From Alistipes sp. (GTDB lineage: Bacteria > Bacteroidota > Bacteroidia > Bacteroidales > Rikenellaceae): a DNA stretch of 64,000 nucleotides. The notes under the pieces are model-generated. The model made no database searches. It was not told the origin of the DNA and saw only the letters and a list, made by a program, of their open reading frames with translations. Positions 59,348 through 64,000 of this stretch are shown one piece after another (positions within the stretch are counted from its first letter, which is position 1; each line of letters begins with the position of its first letter). Position numbers and translations under genes: made by a program. Location: NCBI GenBank assembly GCA_029068505.1, contig JAIECN010000026.1, forward strand, positions 10,107-74,106, in the 5' to 3' direction.

Positions 59348-60135
59348 AGGGCGTAGCTGATGATGGATACGGCGCCCGCTGCCGCGCAATAGATTGCGAA
59401 CCAGATCAGGCGGCCCCGTTTGACGATTTCGATCATGAAGCGGCAGGCGGCGCAGCCGGTGACGAACGCAGCGAGGAACCCCGCCAGCAGCGGCCCTGCG
59501 GCGATGCCCGATGTCAATTCTCCCGAACAGATTTCGAGGAGCGTTTCGCCTAAAATGGGCGCCAGCACCATCAAGAACGAGAATTGCGCCACGGCAGCTT
59601 TTTCGTTGCCCAGCAGCAGCCCTGTGGCGATGGTCGTGCCCGACCGCGAGAGGCCCGGCATGGCGGCGCAGGCTTGCGCTACGCCGATGATGAAGGCGTC
59701 GCGGTAGGAGATGGTCGTTTTTTGCCGGGGTTTGGCGTAGTAGGCGAAGGCCAGCAGTGCGGCCGTGAGCAGCAGCATGGCTCCCACGACCGCCAGAATC
59801 CACGGTGCGTTGAGCAGGGCGTCGATGCGGTCTTTCAGGGCGAAACCCACGATGCCGATCGGAATCATCGAGAGCGCCAGTTTCAGCACATAGGCCTGCT
59901 CGGCGTTGAAACGGCGCGAAAACAACCCTCCGATCAGCCGGCGCACCTCGGCGTGCAGAACCACCAGGGTGCTCAGCACCGTGGCGGCGTGCAGCGTCAC
60001 GTCGAACGTCAGGTTCTCCTCGATCCGCACGCCCAGCAGCTCCTTGGCGATCTGGAGGTGTCCGCTGCTCGAAACGGGCAGGAATTCGGTGATTCCCTGC
60101 ACGATGCCTAATATAATGGCTTGAAGCGTATCCAT
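59344..60135 (-). CDS. uppP: Undecaprenyl-diphosphate phosphatase
   Basis: [25 protein letters not shown]. Confidence 0.96.
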   Translation of the reverse strand: MDTLQAIILGIVQGITEFLPVSSSGHLQIAKELLGVRIEENLTFDVTLHAATVLSTLVVLHAEVRRLIGGLFSRRFNAEQAYVLKLALSMIPIGIVGFALKDRIDALLNAPWILAVVGAMLLLTAALLAFAYYAKPRQKTTISYRDAFIIGVAQACAAMPGLSRSGTTIATGLLLGNEKAAVAQFSFLMVLAPILGETLLEICSGELTSGIAAGPLLAGFLAAFVTGCAACRFMIEIVKRGRLIWFAIYCAAAGAVSIISYAL

Positions 60136-60139
60136 CGGG

Positions 60140-60385
60140 TCACTCGTAGCGTTTCATTATGGCATAGATTTCCAGCACGAAGCCGCCGACCGTCACGATC
60201 GGCGCCAGCGTGATGCGGCGCCACGAGAACATGGCGTAGTCGAACTCGTCGGGCGAGTCGCTGCCGCCGCCGGCCATGAGGACGAATCCCAGGACGATGA
60301 CGGCGAAACCGACGGCCAGCAGAATGTAGTTGCGGCGCGTGAGCGGCAGACGGGGATTGTCGGGGGTGTCGTTCGGTCGTTTCAT
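60140..60385 (-). CDS. DUF3098 small membrane protein
   Basis: NYILLAVG...LMAGGGS...RRITLAP; usual ftsX-DUF3098-uppP-truB-queA order in Bacteroidota. Confidence 0.85.
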   Translation of the reverse strand: MKRPNDTPDNPRLPLTRRNYILLAVGFAVIVLGFVLMAGGGSDSPDEFDYAMFSWRRITLAPIVTVGGFVLEIYAIMKRYE

Positions 60386-60386
60386 G

Positions 60387-61271
60387 TCAATAGAGGTATA
60401 TTTTGTTCGATTTCATGTTGACGAATTTGTTGAGGGCCGCCCAGGTGAAGAGTCCCGAGATGACTACTCCGCCGCCGATCATCGTGCCGAAGATCAGGCC
60501 GCCCGTGCGGCTCGCTTCGGCCAGCGCCTGCAACTCGGGCACGGCTTCGTTGAGTCCGTAGGCGGCCAGTGCCAGCAGCAGCGAGGCTACCGTGCCGGCC
60601 AGGATGCCCTGCGTGATGCTGCTGGCCAGGAACGGCCGCATGATGAACCACTTGGTGGCGCCTACCAGCTTCATGGTGTTGATCTGGTAGCGTTTCGAGA
60701 AGATCGCCAGCCGGATGGTGTTGCTCACCAGGATCATCGAAATGACGAGCAGCGCCCCGCCGAAAAGCAGCAGGATGAAGCGGATTTTTCCCACCGTGGT
60801 GTGGAGCCGTGCCGCCATCAGGGCCGGGTAGCTCACCTGCTCCACGCCCGAAAGGTGCGATATGCCCGTGATGAAGGCGTCGATCGCCTCCTTGTCGGAC
60901 GAATGCGCCGTGAGGGTCAGTTCGTAGGAGTCCAGCAGCGGATTTTCGCCCAGCACTTCGTCGAACTCGCTGCCGAACATCTTGCGGAACTCCGCATCTT
61001 CCAGTTTTTCTTCCTTGGGTACATAGACGATCTCGCCCACCAGTTCTTGGTCGGCGACCCGTTCGGCGATCGCTTCGCGTTGTTTGTCGGTCAGCCCGTT
61101 TTTCAATTCCACCGACACCTGGATGCTCGATTGCAGGGTGCGGGCCACCTCCATGGCTGCCAGCATCAGGTAGCCCACCGACCCCAGCAGGAAGAGCACC
61201 AGCGTGATGCTGACCGTGGATACGATGTAGGAGTTGCGGACTTTGCGTTTGAGTCGTTTGTCGTCCTTCAT
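60387..61271 (-). CDS. ftsX: Cell division permease FtsX
   Basis: ENPL, SNTIRLAIFSKR, TMKLVGATKWFIMRPF. Confidence 0.92.
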   Translation of the reverse strand: MKDDKRLKRKVRNSYIVSTVSITLVLFLLGSVGYLMLAAMEVARTLQSSIQVSVELKNGLTDKQREAIAERVADQELVGEIVYVPKEEKLEDAEFRKMFGSEFDEVLGENPLLDSYELTLTAHSSDKEAIDAFITGISHLSGVEQVSYPALMAARLHTTVGKIRFILLLFGGALLVISMILVSNTIRLAIFSKRYQINTMKLVGATKWFIMRPFLASSITQGILAGTVASLLLALAAYGLNEAVPELQALAEASRTGGLIFGTMIGGGVVISGLFTWAALNKFVNMKSNKIYLY

Positions 61272-61281
61272 GTTGAATGCG

Positions 61282-63759
61282 TTATTCTGAACGTTTGTTT
61301 TTCATCAGCCACAAGGCCAGCATCGCCAGCGCTGCTCCCAGGATCGCCAGCGAGGCGGCGAGCGTCACGCCTTCGACCGCTGTCCAGTGCGGTGCGCGGA
61401 AGCGCCATTCGACCGTGCGGGTGCCCGCCGGCAGAAGCATGGCGCGCAATACGTAGTCGGCCTGGAAATAGGGCGTTTCCGTGCCGTCGACATAGGCTGT
61501 CCAGCCGTCGGCGTAGTAGATTTCGGAGAATACGGCCACGGCCTCTTTCGAAGCCGAATATTCGTACTTCAGGTAGTTGGGGCGGTACTCCGTCAGCTCG
61601 ATGCGGGCCGCCGGATCGGCGCCCGAGGATACGGCCGGCAGGGGTGTGCCGGTTGCGACGACCGCCGTCGTGCGCAGGTCGAGGGTGCCCAGCGCGTCGA
61701 TTTCGGCCCGGGCCGTCGGGGCGTAGACCACCGAGTCGACGAACCAGGCGGCGCCGAACGCCGTGTCGCGGAAAACGGCTTCGGGCTGTCCGCCGTCGCC
61801 CGGAACGATCGCATAGCGCGTGTTGAGCATGTCGAGCACGCTTTCGTCGAGCGTCGACAGGTAGCGGTCGATCAAATCTTGATAGCGGGCCAGCTTGGCG
61901 CCATGATAGCCGCCCACCGACCGGTGGAAATAGGAGGTCGTGGCATCGTTGAACGGGCTGACCGTGAGGTTGATGACGCGGTATCCCGGTGTCGTGTCGG
62001 CCAGGATCGCCTGGTCGGCGGCCGTGGCCGTGACTTGCCGGCGGCGGGCCGGCACGAAGTCGTCGGACGAGAGGAACCGCAGGTCGACGGGCACCAGGTC
62101 GAGCAGCATGATGCCGGAGAGCAGGGCGACGAGTACGTATCGGTTGATCTTGCGCCGGATGAACAGCAGCGTGCTCCCTGCCGCAAGCAGGATCATGAGC
62201 AGCGACCGCCAGGCGTCGGCGCGCATCATCGCGGCGCGTTCGGCCGCCATCGCTTCGGCCGTCCGCTCGCCCCATTCGACATCCAGGCCGCGGTCGATGT
62301 AGGCTTGCAGCCCGTTAGCTTGGAAGATGCGGTGATACTGGTCGATCATCATCGCCGCGCTCTCGTCGCGTCCGAAGTCGAACAGGGCGCCGCCCGTCGT
62401 GGCCAGCAGCAGGCAGAGGCCGCCCGTGATGCCGGCCGCCCAGCCTGTGGCCCGCAGCAGCCGTTCGCGCGGTATTTCGTCGCGCCACAGCCGCATGAGC
62501 GCCAGCGCCCCCAGCGTCGGCACGGCCCACTGCACCACCACCAGCGTCATCGATACCGTGCGGAACTTGTTGTACCCCGGCAGCCACCTGAAGGCCCATT
62601 CGGTCAATCCCATCAGGTTGCGGCCCCAGGCCAGCAGGATCATCAGCACGCAGATGGCGGCGATCCACCATTTGTTGCGGCCGCGGGCCAGCGCCAGCCC
62701 CAGCGCGGCCAGGAAGACGGCTGCGGCGCCCAGGTAGGTCGGGCCGCCCGTGTAGGGCTGCGTGCCCCAGTAGGCCGGAAGCTGCTGCGCGGCTCCGCGC
62801 AGCCCCAGTTCGTTGGTCACGGCGGCTACTTCGCCGTCGCGCGAGAAGGTCGTGCCCGAGTCGCGCCCCATGAAGTCGGGCACCAGCAGGTTCAGCGTCT
62901 CGGCGCGTCCGTAGCTCCATGCCGTGGCGTAGTCGAGGTCGAGACCGCTCCGTTTTTCTGTCGCGTCGGCGGTCAGTTCCGAGCCGCCGCGTATGGTCTC
63001 CTTCGAGTGGCGGGCCGTATACCAGAGGGGTGCGAAGTTGGACGCCACGGCCAATATGCCGGCGCCCGCGAGCGCTGCGGTGCGCAGGCCGAAGTCGCGC
63101 AGACGCTTTTCACGCAGGGCGGCGATCGCATCGTTGATCCACAGGGCCGCCATCGCCAGCAGAAAATAGTAGGCGATCTGCGGGTGGTTGGCCCCGATTT
63201 CGAGCGACGCGGCCAGAGCCGTGAGCGTCGCTCCGCAGAAGATGTTGCTGCGCAGGGTCATCCACGCGCCGCCCATCATCAGGGGGGCGTAGACCAGCGC
63301 CCACATCTTGGTGAGGTGTCCCGCGCCGATGATCAATAGCATGTAGGTCGACAGTCCGTAGGCCAGGGCCGCGACGATCCCCGCCCAGGGGTCGACGCCC
63401 ATCATCAGCAGCATGAGCCACATGGCCGTCATGGCGAAAAAGAGGAACGCGGCCGGCGTGTCGAGTATCTTGGTCGCTTGGCCTACCGTGCGCTTGATCA
63501 GCTGGGCCGGGTAGGCCACGTTGATGAGGTAGGCCGGCATCCCGCCGAACATGCCGCCCGTCCACTGGGGGTCTTCGCCGCGCTCCAGGCGCATTCGGGT
63601 GATGTCGTGGGCCATGCCCTCGTACTGCACCACGTCGTGTTGGGGCAGCGCCTCGCCGCGGAACTGGGGGGCGAAATAGAGGGCGCTCACCACGAAAAAG
63701 AGCGACAGCGCGACCGCTGCCGGCAGCAGACGCAGGGCGGAACCTTTCGAAAAAATCAT
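61282..63759 (-). CDS. YfhO-family polytopic membrane protein (GT-C-like)
   Basis: WTGGMFGGMPAY, YATAWSYG, GGPTYLG, YNKFR, GGYHGAKL, FSEIYY..GW..YVDG; TACCTTTG element at 63783-63790. Confidence 0.82.
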   Translation of the reverse strand: MIFSKGSALRLLPAAVALSLFFVVSALYFAPQFRGEALPQHDVVQYEGMAHDITRMRLERGEDPQWTGGMFGGMPAYLINVAYPAQLIKRTVGQATKILDTPAAFLFFAMTAMWLMLLMMGVDPWAGIVAALAYGLSTYMLLIIGAGHLTKMWALVYAPLMMGGAWMTLRSNIFCGATLTALAASLEIGANHPQIAYYFLLAMAALWINDAIAALREKRLRDFGLRTAALAGAGILAVASNFAPLWYTARHSKETIRGGSELTADATEKRSGLDLDYATAWSYGRAETLNLLVPDFMGRDSGTTFSRDGEVAAVTNELGLRGAAQQLPAYWGTQPYTGGPTYLGAAAVFLAALGLALARGRNKWWIAAICVLMILLAWGRNLMGLTEWAFRWLPGYNKFRTVSMTLVVVQWAVPTLGALALMRLWRDEIPRERLLRATGWAAGITGGLCLLLATTGGALFDFGRDESAAMMIDQYHRIFQANGLQAYIDRGLDVEWGERTAEAMAAERAAMMRADAWRSLLMILLAAGSTLLFIRRKINRYVLVALLSGIMLLDLVPVDLRFLSSDDFVPARRRQVTATAADQAILADTTPGYRVINLTVSPFNDATTSYFHRSVGGYHGAKLARYQDLIDRYLSTLDESVLDMLNTRYAIVPGDGGQPEAVFRDTAFGAAWFVDSVVYAPTARAEIDALGTLDLRTTAVVATGTPLPAVSSGADPAARIELTEYRPNYLKYEYSASKEAVAVFSEIYYADGWTAYVDGTETPYFQADYVLRAMLLPAGTRTVEWRFRAPHWTAVEGVTLAASLAILGAALAMLALWLMKNKRSE

Positions 63760-64000
63760 TTTCAGTATGCTTAACCGAGTGCCAAAGGTACGAAAAAATA
63801 GTCACTTGCCGCGTGGCAATCATGAAATTTCATTATATTTGCAGTTGGTAAAACGCAGGGCCGGGGCATTTTTCCGGCAGGGCGGCGGGCCTTCGTTCCG
63901 CGGGGGTGCGGCATGCGTGCCCGCAGGTCGTACGGCGGCGCCTTTCGCAGCTATCGGCCGGGGAGCGCCCGGCGGCGGCTCGGTCTGCACCCATCGGTCT

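Noticed and set aside
63842-64000. GC-rich sequence after the TATATTTG element at 63834, a possible ncRNA or leader
   Set aside because: Truncated by the window edge and no recognisable RNA family motif.

Overview
High-GC Bacteroidota chromosomal window, most likely Alistipes/Rikenellaceae (inferred from TAnnTTTG -7 promoter elements, weak Shine-Dalgarno use, gldE, DUF4270, tnaA and gene style). It is almost all housekeeping: dapD (partial), prolyl oligopeptidase, lysC, asd, PBP1A, tnaA, rubredoxin-SOD, an RND efflux operon whose permease is frameshifted, ferritin, rlmD, cdd-rluA-dtd-nuclease, priA-comF-dnaB-comM-sanA-murG-murC-ftsQ-ftsA-ftsZ-gldE, pepC, topA, queA, truB, uppP, ftsX and a YfhO-family gene. 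I see no prophage, IS, integrase, CRISPR, tRNA or rRNA, and no clear multi-gene novel system. The best leads are: (1) a candidate sigma54-driven small RNA at about 17.03-17.15 kb; (2) an AT-rich island at 4.3-4.45 kb with an ECF-like promoter facing a terminator; (3) an orphan DUF4435/TOPRIM (AriB-like) gene; (4) a zincin + beta-propeller + beta-barrel outer-membrane protein; (5) a PIG-B/ALG9-like GT-C glycosyltransferase; (6) a REP-like palindrome carrying the efflux promoter; (7) an apparent GC-skew inversion near 15-17 kb. All family calls come from motif recognition by eye; no database searches were run.
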